Source: Epithemia pelagica (Eukaryota > Protista > Bacillariophyta). From it: a stretch of DNA of 64,000 nt. The DNA is taken from assembly GCA_946965045.2 (NCBI GenBank), contig OX337242.1:1116001-1180000 (forward strand). Reading direction: 5' to 3'. Numbering within the stretch: the stretch's first letter is position 1; each line of letters begins with the position of its first letter. Of this stretch, positions 22,673-36,228 are shown one piece after another. The notes beneath the pieces are model-generated. The model saw only the letters and a list, made by a program, of their open reading frames with translations, did no database searches and had not been told where the DNA came from. Both the position numbers and the translations under genes were made by a program.

Positions 22673-23115
22673 GGTTTTCGAACCAAAGGACAGTTGACGG
22701 TTGCTCTCAAGAGACGTCCTTGAATATATATTGTGTGCAAGGCACAAAAAATGGGACGAGAATGTCGTCATCGTCGTAGAAATTAATTGCGTCGCTTTTG
22801 AGTCGCTGGGTGTCATTTGTTTGTGTCACGAGTCACGACCTGTGTCTCAATACAAGTGTCACAAATCACATCGAAGTGCAATAGAGGGGAGACCATGAAT
22901 GACAATGGCAGGACTACGGCGTCGCTTAGAACCTAAGAAAGGCCTAGTGTAACTGCAGAACTGATTGGGTGTTGGTTTTTGGTTTTTGTACCTATTAATC
23001 ACATCATTTTGGTCTTACTACTCTGTTTTGGAACATGTAAACGAATATTGGTTTCTTTGGTTTTCAATCAAGTTGTCGGTGTGGCCTAACAAGGACCTAT
23101 TGTCCCTTGGAGGGC

Positions 23116-25159
23116 TCACTCATCGGAAAGCGGATCGGATCCAGAGTCTTCTTCTTCTTCGCTCATTTCCAGCTTGTCATTGGATTCGATATCGGCAGCA
23201 AACCGTAAGGAATTCATGGCTCTTCGTTTCTTGCTGACCCATTCACCAATGTCTTCGTCATCCCCATCCAACAAGAGCAACTCCCATCCTTCCAAAAAGC
23301 GGGGCAACAAGTAGAGACGACCGGGAATACACAGCAAGGTCATGAAGGGAAAGACAATGGAAATGGCTGGCATGTTTTGCACGAAAAAGACCAATCCAAA
23401 AAAGACCAATTGCAACACCGTATACAAGTGAACCTTGGGCTTGTCCATGTACCGGTTAAAGACAGTATCAGGATATCGACTGGGCTGTTGCAACCGCAAT
23501 AAGATGCGGTTCCAGAATTGCATGGCAGGCAGAGCGGAAAGACCCATGAACAAAAAGACACCGTACAACACAGGCATGGGCAAGAGTTGCAACACCTTGA
23601 GGACCAAGAGGGACAAACCGACCATGAGGTGCGAAAAGAACATGGTCAATCGAGTTTCCTGGACGGAGATGATCTTGCCGTCCTTGTCCTTTTCGGCCAA
23701 ACTGTTGAGATGGATAATGCAGGGAACCGTGGTGGCGACCAACCAGGGAAGTCCAAGGCATCCATTGACAAAGTTGAAGAGACCACTCAAGCACAAATCA
23801 TAGTTGTATGCTTCGCCGTGTTTCAAGTTGTGACTTTTGTGGTTGATCAAATGCCAGGTAATTCTATAACACAGGGGAAAACACAAGAGCAGCAGCACAC
23901 ATGTGAGTGATGGGAGACTTGCACGGTTCCACCGAGCTCTCTGCTTGTGTGAACGTACCCATTGTCGAGGAAACAAAGCAAAAAGGCACCGAGAGCAGGG
24001 GCAGCAGTCACAATAGGAACCCATCCCTTGCCGTTCAAATCGGAGAAATCGACAAACCAGGAACGAGCACCGGCTACTTCGGCCTGATCGGGACAGTCGT
24101 CCGGAAAGAAGGTGAGACAAGTACTGTCACAGCACTGGTACGTCGGTTCAAAGCGGTCTGGGACGTTGAGCTGTTCTGTTTCAATGCTGGGGAACAAGAA
24201 CTCTTTGACCACGGTTGCAATCAAGACCGAAAGGGTCACGGCAAAGTCATGGATCGAGGTACGGACACCTTGGTTGCAAAAGAAGGAAGAAGTCTTGAAG
24301 CTTCGGAAAAAGAAGATGAGAGCTGTTGTACCGAAACCGAGAAGCGTACTCAACAAGGCCACTTCGAGGTAGTTGTTATCTTCATCGTCGATGTAATCTT
24401 CGTGTGACTTGTGGTTGGGGTCAAAGTATCGCAAGATACCAACTTGGGAGAATGGATCACCCACCGCATCCAACACAAAGATACTGACAATCAAGAGGGC
24501 AAAAATCTCGTCCGTGAATCGAGTGGCCAGACGTACGACGCGAGTCAAGTCAAAGAAACCGGCCATGACACAGTAGAACAGGAGCCAGCATGACGTCCAG
24601 GCATTGAAGGTCAAGTAAGGGACGTCAATACTGTCGGCAATACGAATGACGGCCTTGGTAAAGGCAAGCACAGGTCCAGTGGAACCAATGATGCACTGCA
24701 ATCAAAAGACGTGTGCAACTTGTGTGTTAGAATGATTGATGACCAAAAGGCTACCCTCAACGACGTCGAACTTACCATGGGCATGCCTCCAATCATACTG
24801 TAAGCGACACCAACCCATGTCGTGGCCAAAATGGTTTCGACGGCTCCAATCCGATTATCCGTTTCCTTTCCGTACACGGCTCCAAAGGTGAGAGTGGGCG
24901 CAATGACGGAAATGAACATGAGCAAGGTGACGGCAATGGTCTTTTGGTTAAAGTTGGTAACCTCCTTGAACCAGTGGGTTCCGACAGTTCGCTTGAAATC
25001 GTTAATGATTCCGATACCCCATCCTTGGGCTTCGTCCATGTGCACCTGCCCGGCTCCTTCGACCAAGTCGGCGTTGGAGACAGGGCCTCTGTTCTTCTCG
25101 ATCGAGGTTACAACCGTCTGGTCTTCCATGTTTTTCTGGTCCTTCGTGCTGTCCGTCAT
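23116..25159 (-). CDS. SLC4: SLC4-family bicarbonate/anion transporter; introns 24696-24775 and 23864-23958
   Basis: Motifs APTLTFG, GGMPM|CIIGSTGPVLAF, RFTDEIFALLI, FLDNG|ITWHLIN, GLPWLVATTVPCIIH, ETRLT and PVLYGVFLFMG. Both splices are in frame with canonical GT/AG. Confidence 0.95.
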
Positions 25160-27380
25160 GATGGAGAGATGAGCTTATCGAATTTACTGGCAACGTGCGA
25201 CCGATCGAAATTATGAGACCAAATGAATCCAACCATTTTCGCGTTGGATTCGGATTTGGAGAGGCTGACACCTGCCTTGTCTGACGATACAGATCAGGAA
25301 ACTGCAAAAGGCGGATGAAGGGTGCGGGGTTGGGGGAAAAAGAAGACAAGTTTCCGAGCCACAATCAAACGTGATGGATGATGATGATTGATACACCATG
25401 TCCAAAGTTCAAAGCGAACTGGCCCCTAGGAGAACGTCACAGACCATATCCACCTTGTCTTTGTCTTTCTCTTTTCTCTCGTGTCTCCGTTCCAAGATAA
25501 TTTACTTCGTTTCTTGTCCTTGGCATTATACCAACGTACTCGTGTTCAGGGTCGGATCCAGAGACCAAAGAGAAACTCAAGTACAATTCTGGGTCAAGCC
25601 CGCTTGACTTTGACACCTGACACTCACAGCTGATAAGGAAAGGTGTAGGTGAAGACAGGCCTTTTCTGTTCAAGTTTCCGCCGAAAAGTTACCATGAGCG
25701 AGCATCGAGCATCCTGTCGAGGTCGAGTGTCGACTATCCTTTCTCTCGAGCAAGGTGCAAGGTGCAAACTTTGATTTCCTGGAACGATGTTTCTTTTTTA
25801 TTGGGTCGGAGACAGGTGCCATCGCTGTTTGCTCTTGGTCTTCCTTGAGGTTGTAAGTGTCCCGCCTCGTTGTGTGTATTATTATTTTTTATTTTTTGTC
25901 ATTGTCCGGTTCCTTTCTGTATTCCGAATTCCGAATACATCACTCTCATTTTTCTTTCTTCGGATACTCCCTCATAGACCTCTGAATTTTATTATCTTGA
26001 GATAAGTATATCCGTATCTTCTGATTGAAGCTGGGGTGTAGTGGTTCCATTTCTGATGACGTCATGATTCACGGGAAAATCTGTCGGATGTCTGATTGGC
26101 TCGGAACTCGGAAAGGAACAATGAAAGCACGCGTACCGTCTCGCCTTCCTTTCTCTTTTCACCGCCGTCTCACAATCTTTACCTTGTGTTCTTGGGCGTG
26201 AGCTATGACTCCTCTCCTCGATGCAAACAAGGCAATCCAAAATCGAAGGCGAGCAGAGAAAGGTCCAGGGAGACGAGTGAGATTGTTTCCCAGATATGTA
26301 TCATTCTAGGTAGAAGATTGCGCAGATGACGGTTCCACCATGGATGCACGTTTTCGGTCTCTAGTTCAAGGTACAATCAATTCTTGCAATGCCATTTCTA
26401 TTGCATCAACCAGGAGAAAAACACTTCTCGCTTCGTCGACTTTCTAGCGAGCATGTGGAGATGTGGAGTATCCATAAAGGATAGTTGTACATCAGCCCAA
26501 TGGCAATTAGAAAGATGGCTCCCCCCTCTAGTGACTTTATGAAATTATCACCATGTCACATGAACGATAATGGTTGTTGTTTGATGGCTCGACGAAAAGA
26601 TTCCATCCTCCAACCATTTCGCTAAAAAGCGTGATACCAGTCAGTCCGGTAGCGATCAGGACAAGAAACCATAATGTGCTTCTTAGCGGCTCCTACAGGA
26701 ATTGGGGGGGGGGGGGGTGGTAGACTCGGCGCTTCTTCGATATACATGAAACAGACGGGGTCAAAACGAGAGTGACCGGGGTACAATTCCGTTGATCGCC
26801 ATCATGGAGCTTTCCGTCTCTACTCGTAGCTCTTGTCTGTGCGACTGTAAGGGTGTTTGGAAATACAGGATGGCCAAACAGTTGGTTGCCAAAAGCGTAA
26901 TGTGGCTGGCACATAGACTCGACGACTTGAAGTGCAAACCGCCTGGATCGCGACTTTGCCCCGCCCTTATGGCATCCGCCAACAGGAATGACCAATTGGA
27001 GCTTCAGACTACGAATGCATGGAAGATACTGTTTTGAAAAATCTTCAATTTAGCGGGCAGACCCAATCAGGATATCGTTTGAGAAAGACAAGCGATTAAA
27101 AGTCCTTTCTGTTTCGCAGAAATAGAGTCTTTTGCTTCTTCTTTGTACTTTACTTGGTTGAAGAGACTTGTACGACGCTGCTCAAGTTGCGAAAAATTAT
27201 ACAATCTGTTGCTAACGTTACAAAGAAAGCTACATCAAAGAATATTCCAATGGTCCATTTCATATCCAATCCCACCATTTGTTGCGTACTTGTGATTGTC
27301 GCCTTGGCAAATGTGAAGTTGAGGGTCTCAGAATGACAAAAAATCACCGTGAACACTGTCGATCAGCGAGTGCAGTGTTT

Positions 27381-27842
27381 TTAACTGGACGCTGTGGAGG
27401 TAGCTCTCGATGTCAGTGATGTTGTTACGGGAGGCCGTAGGTGGATAATGTTTCGCACGGGCACGAGGGACAAGGAGGGCAAGGCGGCTCCTCCACTGGG
27501 AAAGCCTCCCCGATCAGCCGGTCGGACATTGGGGTCAATGCCCTGGGCCGCTTGCGTCGTGTCATAAATGCACTTTTCCATGGCCAAGGTGAAAAAGGGC
27601 AAGGCCAGCAATCCGTACACGCCCACAGGAGATTTCACCACGGCTTGTACCACGTGTCCAGTCCACCCGCGACTGTGAATGTACCCAAAGGCCGTAATGG
27701 GGACCATGGAACATCCAAATGAGACGAGCCATTCCAATCCAGTGCGGTCTTCGTCATCACCACCTTGGACGACTCCTGTTTGGTTCGACGACGTGTGGTG
27801 GACTGGCGTCCTAGCAGCGGGAGTGTTGTTGTTGTCGGTCAT
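27381..27842 (-). CDS. Small two-TM membrane protein of unknown function
   Basis: 153-aa ORF from ATG 27842 with hydrophobic segments WLVSFGCSMVPITAFGYI and VYGLLALPFFTLAM, then GGFPSGGAALPSLSLVPV. Divergent from GLDC. Confidence 0.7.
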   Translation of the reverse strand: MTDNNNTPAARTPVHHTSSNQTGVVQGGDDEDRTGLEWLVSFGCSMVPITAFGYIHSRGWTGHVVQAVVKSPVGVYGLLALPFFTLAMEKCIYDTTQAAQGIDPNVRPADRGGFPSGGAALPSLSLVPVRNIIHLRPPVTTSLTSRATSTASS

Positions 27843-27884
27843 GGTCGTTGTCGAATTGTGAAATCGTATGTGTGGCTTCGTCCA

Positions 27885-28004
27885 TGACGTGTCATAAGCG
27901 ACTGAGGAGAGACTCATCCGCCGCGGCATTCGGGGAGACACTGTGACGTGGTTGCGCGGAAGGAAGACAGATGGTGCTACGTCATAGTCCGATATCCAAC
28001 GTCA
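27885..28004. promoter_or_regulatory. Cluster of four TGACGT/ACGTCA (CRE/CCRE-like bZIP) hexamers in a bidirectional promoter
   Basis: TGACGT at 27885 and 27944, ACGTCA at 27979 and 27999, all between the divergent ATGs at 27842 and 28205. Confidence 0.6.
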
Positions 28005-28204
28005 TGTAGGTGTTCCCCCGAGGAGACGAGTCCCTTTTCACTTTCACGGACCACCGCACAAGCGTTCGCCAAGCGTCCAATGGATTTTATGTTTCCTGCA
28101 CCACATTCTTTGCCCCACATCACATTTTTCGCTCTCTGGGTGACTGTGATCGTAGCAGTGCAAAGCACAAGAACTGTAGTATATAATCCATCCCCATCCT
28201 TATC

Positions 28205-31200
28205 ATGCAGCGATCGATTGTCAGCAAAAAGTTGTTGTCGTTGCCGTCTTCCCTATGGTTGCGCCGCCAGCAACCAAGCCTTTCGGCAGTGGCCGCTGCT
28301 CGATCCTTTCGTTCTTCGGCCGTATGCACCGATGCCTTGGACATGGTCGATACCTTTCCCCGCCGTCATGGTAAGTCGTTCTCCATTAGGGTTTTCCACA
28401 TGATGTCATGTTGACGTCATCCTGTTCCGCGTACAGTTCTACGCACGACTCAGTACTGGCGCGCTTCGCGGTACTCAGATCGGGGTACGTGTTTTCTATC
28501 CCTAATGGGAGAGAAACCTGAAAATTCTCGAACATGGGTGCGATTGTGATGGATGGGATGCCACCATGATGATGTGAATGATGGATGGATTGATGGATTC
28601 GATGATTTACTGTTCTCTTCTCATGTCTGTATGATATTCCTTTCCTTGTGTGCGCTTTGTTTGTTGTTTGATTGTTCCAATGCCACCGTTTCGATGCATC
28701 AGTGGGTCCCACTCAGGAGGACGCCCAATCCATGTTGGCGACCATTGGGTTCCAAAACTTTGATGAGCTCATTCAATCTACTGTTCCGGCCCAGATTCTC
28801 ACGAGCAAGGAATTGGAAATGGAACCCGCCCGCACCGAGTCCGAGGCCTTGAACCGAATCCGTGAGTACGCCTCCCAAAACAAGGTGATGAAATCCTACA
28901 TTGGAGCGGGCTACTACGACACGCAAGTGCCGCCCGTGATTTTGCGCAACATGTTGGAAAACCCTGGTTGGTACACAGCCTACACTCCCTACCAAGCCGA
29001 AATTTCCCAAGGACGTTTGGAAATGTTGCTCAATTTCCAAACCTTGGTGGTCGATTTGACGGGTTTGCCCATGGCCGTGGCCTCCTTGTTGGATGAATCC
29101 ACGGCGGCGGCCGAAGCCATGCAAATGACCTTTGCCCTAAAGGGGAAAAAGAATAAGAAAAACAAGTTCTTTGTCAGCCAGGATGTGCACCCGCAAACAA
29201 TAGGATTGATTGAAACCCGTGCGGGCGCCATTGGCATTGAGGTGGTTGTGGGAGATCACAGCCAGGCCAACTTTTCCGCCGGTGACCATTGCGGTGCCCT
29301 GGTTCAATATCCCAACACCTATGGTGCTGTCGAATCGTCTGGGGAGTCGTACGAATCCTTTACCAAACGCGTCCATGAAGGAGGCGCCATGGTGATTGCC
29401 GCCACGGATTTGTTGGCCTTGACCAAACTGGCTCCTCCGTCCTCGTGGGGTGCCGACATTGCCGTGGGATCGGCCCAACGGTTTGGTGTCCCCATGGGCT
29501 TTGGAGGACCGCATGCCGGATTCTTGAGTACGTCGGATGAATATTCGCGGAAAATGCCCGGTCGTATCATTGGTGTCACGGTGGATGCCAATGGCAAACC
29601 CTGTCTGCGCATGGCCATGCAAACTCGGGAACAACACATTCGTCGGGACAAGGCCACCTCCAACATTTGTACGGCTCAGGCTCTGCTGGCCAACATGGCT
29701 GCCTCCTATGCCATTTATCATGGACCCAAGGGCTTGTTGGACATTGCCGGTCGTGTGCATGGATTGGCCCGTGTGGCCCACCGAGAATTGGCCACTGCCG
29801 GCTTTTCCGTCTTGGAGGGACCCTTTTTTGATACCTTTACGGTCGACGTTTCTTCCAAGGGAATGACTGCGGCACAAGTTCAGGCGGGTGCCGTCAGTGT
29901 CGACGCCAATGTCCGTGTGATTGACGACAAGACGGTTGGTATTAGCATGGGCGAAGGCATTACTCGTGAAAATGTCCAACAGCTCTTGGCCAGTGCCTTC
30001 CAAGTTTCTTCTCCGGACATGTCGGCGGATGAATCCGTTACCCAAGTGGACGAATCTTGCCGTCGCCAAGGGGATATTTTGACTCACCCCATTTTTAGCA
30101 TGCATCATTCGGAAACCCAAATGTTGCGATACCTCAAGACCTTGGAGAACCGGGACTTGGCCTTGAATCATTCCATGATTTCCTTGGGTTCCTGTACCAT
30201 GAAATTGAATGCCACGAGTGAAATGATCCCCGTCACGTGGCCCGAATTTTGTGACATTCATCCCTTTGCGCCCCATGATCAAGTCGTCGGATACCATGAA
30301 ATGATTGAAGATCTCAACAAAGACTTGTCGGAAATCACGGGGTTTGCCGCCGTCAGTGCCCAACCCAACTCGGGTGCCACGGGAGAATATGCGGGTCTTT
30401 TGGCCATTAAGGACTACTTGGTTTCGATTGGTCAAGGACATCGCAATATCTGTCTCATTCCCAAGTCAGCCCACGGTACCAACCCCGCCAGTGCCGTCAT
30501 GGCGGGGCTCAAGGTTGTGGTCGTGGAGAATGACGAGAATGGCAACGTGGACTTTGACGATTTGACGGCCAAAATTACCAAGCACAAGGACAACCTTGCG
30601 GCCTTTATGGTGACGTACCCATCCACATTTGGAGTGTTTGAAGAACGAATTGTCGACATTTGCGATGCCATTCACGAGGCTGGTGGTCAAGTGTACATGG
30701 ACGGTGCCAACATGAACGCCCAGGTTGGTTTGACCAGTCCCGGGTTGATTGGGGCCGACGTGTGTCACTTGAATCTTCACAAGACCTTTTGCATCCCCCA
30801 TGGTGGCGGTGGCCCCGGTGTGGGTTCCATTGGTGTCCGGGAACACTTGGCGCCCTTCTTGCCCGGCCACGTGGTGGACCCGGAAGCTTCGGGGAAACTG
30901 TGTGGTGCCGAGATTTGTGTTCCCAAAACAAGTGGTGCGGTAGCCGGAGCGCCGTTTGGATCTGCGGCCATTCTTCCAATTTCGTGGATGTACATTAAAA
31001 TGTTGGGTGCCGAAGGTCTGAAATCCGCTACGGCCAATGCTATTTTGAACGCTAACTACATGGCTGCTCGCCTCAACGGAGCCTTTGATGTGCTCTTTAC
31101 TGGTACCAACGGACATTGCGCTCATGAGTTCATCTTGGACCTCCGTCCACTCAAGGCTTCCACGGGCGTTACCGAAGAGGATGTGGCCAAGCGATTGCAA

Positions 31201-31599
31201 GATTATGGATTCCATTCTCCCACCATGTCTTGGCCTGTCGCTGGTACATTGATGGTGGAACCCACAGAATCCGAAGATTTGGCCGAATTGGACCGCTTCT
31301 GTGATGCCATGCTCAGTATCCGTGCCGAAATTGACGATGTAGGAAGTGGTCGTGTCGCCTTGGAAGATTCGCCTCTGCGGAATGCTCCTCATACCATGGA
31401 TGATTTGGTGGCCGAGAAATGGGACCGGGCCTACACGCGGGAAGTGGGAGTGTACCCCGCACCATGGATCCGAGCAAACAAGTTTTGGCCCGCCTGCGGA
31501 CGCGTCGACAATGTCTATGGTGACCGCAACCTTGTCTGTACATGCCCACCACTAGAGGCCTACGAAGATGATGATGACAGTAAGACCTTGGCAGCATAA
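28205..31599 (+). CDS. gcvP: Glycine decarboxylase P-protein, mitochondrial; intron 28371-28702
   Basis: Mitochondrial presequence, spliced [48 protein letters not shown] lysine LNLHKTF and [17 protein letters not shown]. Confidence 0.98.
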
Positions 31600-31904
31600 T
31601 TTTCCCACTATATTATAGCAATAATAATACAAGTGTCTGTTTTATATTCACGGGACTTTTCAAAGAGACTCTTATACCATGAGTCCTCACATTGGTGATG
31701 TAGAGTTCCCGTAGTTTGGTTACCATGCTCGTTAAGGAGTCCAGGTCAATGAGACAAGTACAAGTGCGCAGTTTCTGTCATTAACAGGCTTCACCCCTCT
31801 ACCAAGAGTCTTGTTGACAACCTTCGCACCACCAAAGATGAATGGAAATTCAGTTCTCATTGTGCAGGTCCCCAACACTGAAGGGGTAAATGAGTTCCAC
31901 GGTC

Positions 31905-34900
31905 TCAATTTAGCCAATCTCCCCAGTCTCGGTCCATACGATCAAGCTCTTCCTCCAATGAGGGTTCGTCTGGATCGCCTGGTTCGTCGTCGACTAATTG
32001 AGGACGAGGTCTCGCTTGTCCACTCCCCGTATTTTTTGGTCGACCTTGTCGCTGTTGCCATGAGGCCCCCGCTGTCGACTTTTCGGGGCGGTCCCAGACA
32101 AACGAGTCATCACACCATTCCCCCCATGTCTCATGGATTCGCTGAAATGTGATTTCATATGGTTCTTCATTCGCATTCGCAAATCGGGATGTTGACCCGT
32201 CATGTTCGCCATAGTTGTGGTGGCTCATTTCACAAACAAAGGCTTCTATTTCGGACAGCATCTTTGCGCGTTGCGACGTAGAAATACGACCTTCAACTTT
32301 CAAGGCATTATTAGCATCAAGGGCCAATGCTGACGTACGATGGCGCATTTCGTCGACCGACCGTAGCCGCTGTGTCACTTCATTCAATTTGTTAACATTT
32401 TCTTTGAATAATGACAGCAGATCAGCTTTGTCCGAGAGGGAATCGTTGTGATCTTCCTCGGATACTCCGGAATCCATTTTCTTTGACAGATTCAACAGTT
32501 GTTGTTGAATGAATTCTGATTCCCGCCGAGCTGAGACCCAACTCATTTCCCCCAGCAACCCTCGTAGATTGTATTCCATATGTGTCGGTGAAGAAGATGA
32601 CGAGGACAGTTCTTCTTCCATGGTTGACAACTCTGCAAACAAATTGTCCAACAAACCCGGTGCATCATAATCGCTGAAAGATGTAGGAGGAAACGATGGG
32701 TCACCCAAGCCATAAGTATCCCAGGAAGATGACGCAAATGCACCCGGTGGAGCATCGTTTCGAGTGGATAGTAGGCGACGAACCGCCGCTGGTTTCCTCG
32801 CTCCAGCAGAGTCAAGCTGTCGATTATCTTCCAGAACGAGCACGTGAAAGAGCCATTTCTTCTCCTTGGAACTCCATTGAAAGTCTTGGAAGCCGTCCTC
32901 TAAGTTACTCACAGTGCCGACAGCTTGCTTTCCCAAACACCATTTTAGGACAAAGGCACGCGCCGGAGGATACAAAATGAGCTCTCGAAGCAAGGCGTCT
33001 TCGACAACCCATGCCACAGAATCCGTGTCCCGTTCCGCCAAGATGCCAACACCCTTCTCAAAAATTTTAGCCGGATCTTCCTTAATTGTGATATCCCCAG
33101 TGTAGCCAACAGCTTTAGCCTCGTCTGTCAAGAACTTTTTGCCATGATATTCGTTAGAGTTGAAAAAGACGGGACGGAATCTGTTGTAGTTATTGCTCTT
33201 GCCCCAACGGTTCTGTGGAAGGTTATTGTGTCTGTTTTTCCATGAGACCGCGGAAGCTACCGTCTTTGGTATAAGCATAAGATCTAGGTTGTCGGATTGA
33301 CCGCTGCCTCTACGCTTTCGTTGTTTCTCAGGAATTGTAGATTCCACCCATTCTCGATCATATTGGTTCGCAAATTTGAGCCCTGAATAATGTGGAGTGA
33401 GGGACGGCTCTGGTGGTTTTTGTTGCTTTCGCCCCTTGGGTTTTCTGCCGGCAAGAGCTTTTGTTTGGTTGGTTGTCGGTCGAATTCTTTTCACCAACGG
33501 CAAAGTATTAGTGTCTCGCGCAACTCTTGGAACACGACGACCAGTGGGAGACACAATCATTTTGTTTTCACTCTGTGCAACTTTTGCCGAACGCATAGGA
33601 ATATCAGGTTTACCTGCCGCTTGGGTACGATGAAGCATCGCTTCCAACGACATGGTTCCTGTTTTGATGTTCCGAATCGAACGATTCGTCACTTCTGGTT
33701 TGCTATGGTTGGTGCTGGCACTTCGTGTACCTTCTATTCGTGAGGCCAAATCCAAAAGGTCAGATGCCACTTCTTCTTGAAGCATTGCTGTCGGTGAGGA
33801 CAAAGACGCCAGCAAAGACATGGTCTCATCAGTCGTTGCCCTGGACTGCGACGATGACAAGGATGACGTGTTGGTGGTCGTAGTCTCGGTTGTGTTTGGT
33901 GCCAAGATCGCTACCAAGGCCTCAGCGGCAAAGTTGGCCAAATGGGAACGTTCCTTTGGTTCCTGTTGATCGGACAACAAGGCAGCAACTTGATAAAAGA
34001 TGCGACTGACTGCTTCTCTCCTTTGTTGTGGTTTGTTCTTTTGCTTGCTCATCTGAGACGTGTTCTTCGAAACGGAAGTATTGCTTGTCAGAGCTTGTTT
34101 GGACTCCATGTCCTTCAGAGTTGAAGCAAACACGGTAAGCATTCGTTGAACATACCATTCCGTCCAGGGGATGGCGGAATCGAATAGTTGTGCCCGGACA
34201 CTTTCTTCCACAAACGCTTTGCGACGTTCTGCGTTTTGCTTCTCCTCCAATGGATCCAAGGGTTGCCCTTTCTTTTTCTTTTTGGCTTTTTTCTGTTTTT
34301 CTTTTTCTTCCTGTTGGGCGCATTCCTGTTGCAGGTGTTCCACCAATGCAGCCGGGTCAGAGAAATTGCCATCCATTTGGGCCACACGAAATTCAATGCG
34401 TCCATGGAAGGGCGTCGATGAGGATGATGAATCATCCAAAGGGAAAGCCGTCGCAGGAGAATACTTTGCCATGACTTGGGACAACATGCCATCTCGACAC
34501 AATCGTTCCGTTGCGGCTTGACCCGCTTCATCTTGATCCAAACACAAAACAATGACATGGGTATCTCTACTAAACCCGTATTCCTTCTTTTGTGTGGACA
34601 GGACACTCTCAGCCGCCTGCTCAAGCTGCGTCAAGGAAATGGAAGTTCCCATGGTAGCAACGACCCGTTCCATTCCTGCCGATGCCAAGGAGATGGCATC
34701 CAAGTATCCTTCCACTATTACCAATGGGTCATCCAAGGTGCTGCTCTTGTTCGTGTATCTGTCCTGCAAAACTGACGGTGAATTCGTGCCATCCTTACGG
34801 CGTGCCTGGTCCATGGATCGTATGAAATGTTGACCAAAGAGAAGTTGCTGTTTATGAAACACGAGGGTTTCTGGGCTGTTGAGATATTTGGGAGCTTGAA

Positions 34901-36183
34901 ATGAGGAGGAGGAGGACGCCGTCACTGCGTCCGACATGTTTTGGTTGTTGTTCGAATCGGTGTTGCTCGTTACAATGGCTGCCCATGGTGGTACCAAACG
35001 TCCACCAAAACCCAAAATGAAGTTTCCGGTAGAATCCACAATGGGGACCATGATGCGTCCACGAAAACGATCCATGATACGATCAATGGTAAGGATATCC
35101 TCCTTTTCGCTCAAGTCGTCGTTCCCGTCCGTTTTGCTGGCACCAAAAGACGTCTTATTGACCGCGCGTCGGTGTGGCCATGATGGTGTTTGGGAGTGTT
35201 GATTGGGAAATGGTCGTTGGCGCCGCATAACAATGGCCAAGCCGGCATCCACCATTTGCTGTGCCGTGAAATTGAGGGAATGCAAATGTTGGACCAGACT
35301 GCCCTCTCCCCAGGACATTTTGGAGGCCTCTTCTCTTTGGAATGGATAGGCATTGGGTGCATATCCAATGGCAAACCGTTTCACGACAGCCGGAGTCAAA
35401 CCTCGGTGAAGCAACAAATACCGTCGTGCCGGACCGGACGACATGTTCAACAAGGAATCTATATAAAAGGCAGCCGCAGCGGCATTGGCTTGATGAATCA
35501 TGTCTCGTTCGTGTTGCTGTCGTTGCCATAATTCTGGAGAGATTGATGAGGTGGTAGTTTTCCAGCGTCCTGTTGTATTGGAAATTGGTGACAATGACAA
35601 ATCAACATCCGCCGTAACAAATTCCTCATAGACAAACTGAACGGCTTGTCCAAACGACATTTCTCCTACAGCAACGTCGGTTGCATACATGGAATGATGA
35701 TTCTGTTGGAGAGCATGCATTTCTCGAACAAAGGAAAAGACATTACCAGCAGCTCCACAGGCAAAACATTTGTACAACCCTCGTGTCCCATCAATACTGA
35801 GGGAAGGATTATGGTCGTCATGAAAGGGACAGAGGGCAATGGCACCACTCCCACGACGGTGAAAATGTGGCAATTGATAGGATTCCACAACTTCCACTAA
35901 ATCGACAGCGTCTCGAATGGCTTCCACGTTGGCTTGAGAAAAGTAGCGAGGTCTGGGCTTTGTACTGGTTGTACTTGGAGTTGTAGCTGTCATTGTTGTT
36001 GGTTTGCTAGCAATGGGAGTTGATCTTGTTTCTTCTCGTTTTTGTTGCTCTGGCGTTGGTGGTGGCGGCGGAGGAGGCATTGTGAGATTGGTTGGAGGAC
36101 GGAGGCTACTGGATTTCTTTCTTGTCGCGGACGGTAGAGGTTGTGGAGGTGTAAGTTCCAAAAGTCGTGGATCCATGGCTCGA

Positions 36184-36228
<45 letters not shown>

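Noticed and set aside
26704-26717. G14 homopolymer in the SLC4 upstream region
   Set aside because: It is a single run with no flanking structure, and could be an assembly or slippage feature.
25400-27380. Short ORFs in the long intergenic region as transposon remnants
   Set aside because: No transposase, RT or terminal-repeat motifs were recognisable.
28555-28640. ATGATG-rich stretch in GLDC intron 1 as a C/D-box snoRNA
   Set aside because: No convincing D box or terminal stem. It looks like a (GAT/GGAT) low-complexity tract.
29137-31392. Two long minus-strand ORFs (434 and 308 aa)
   Set aside because: They are antisense shadows of GLDC caused by codon bias.
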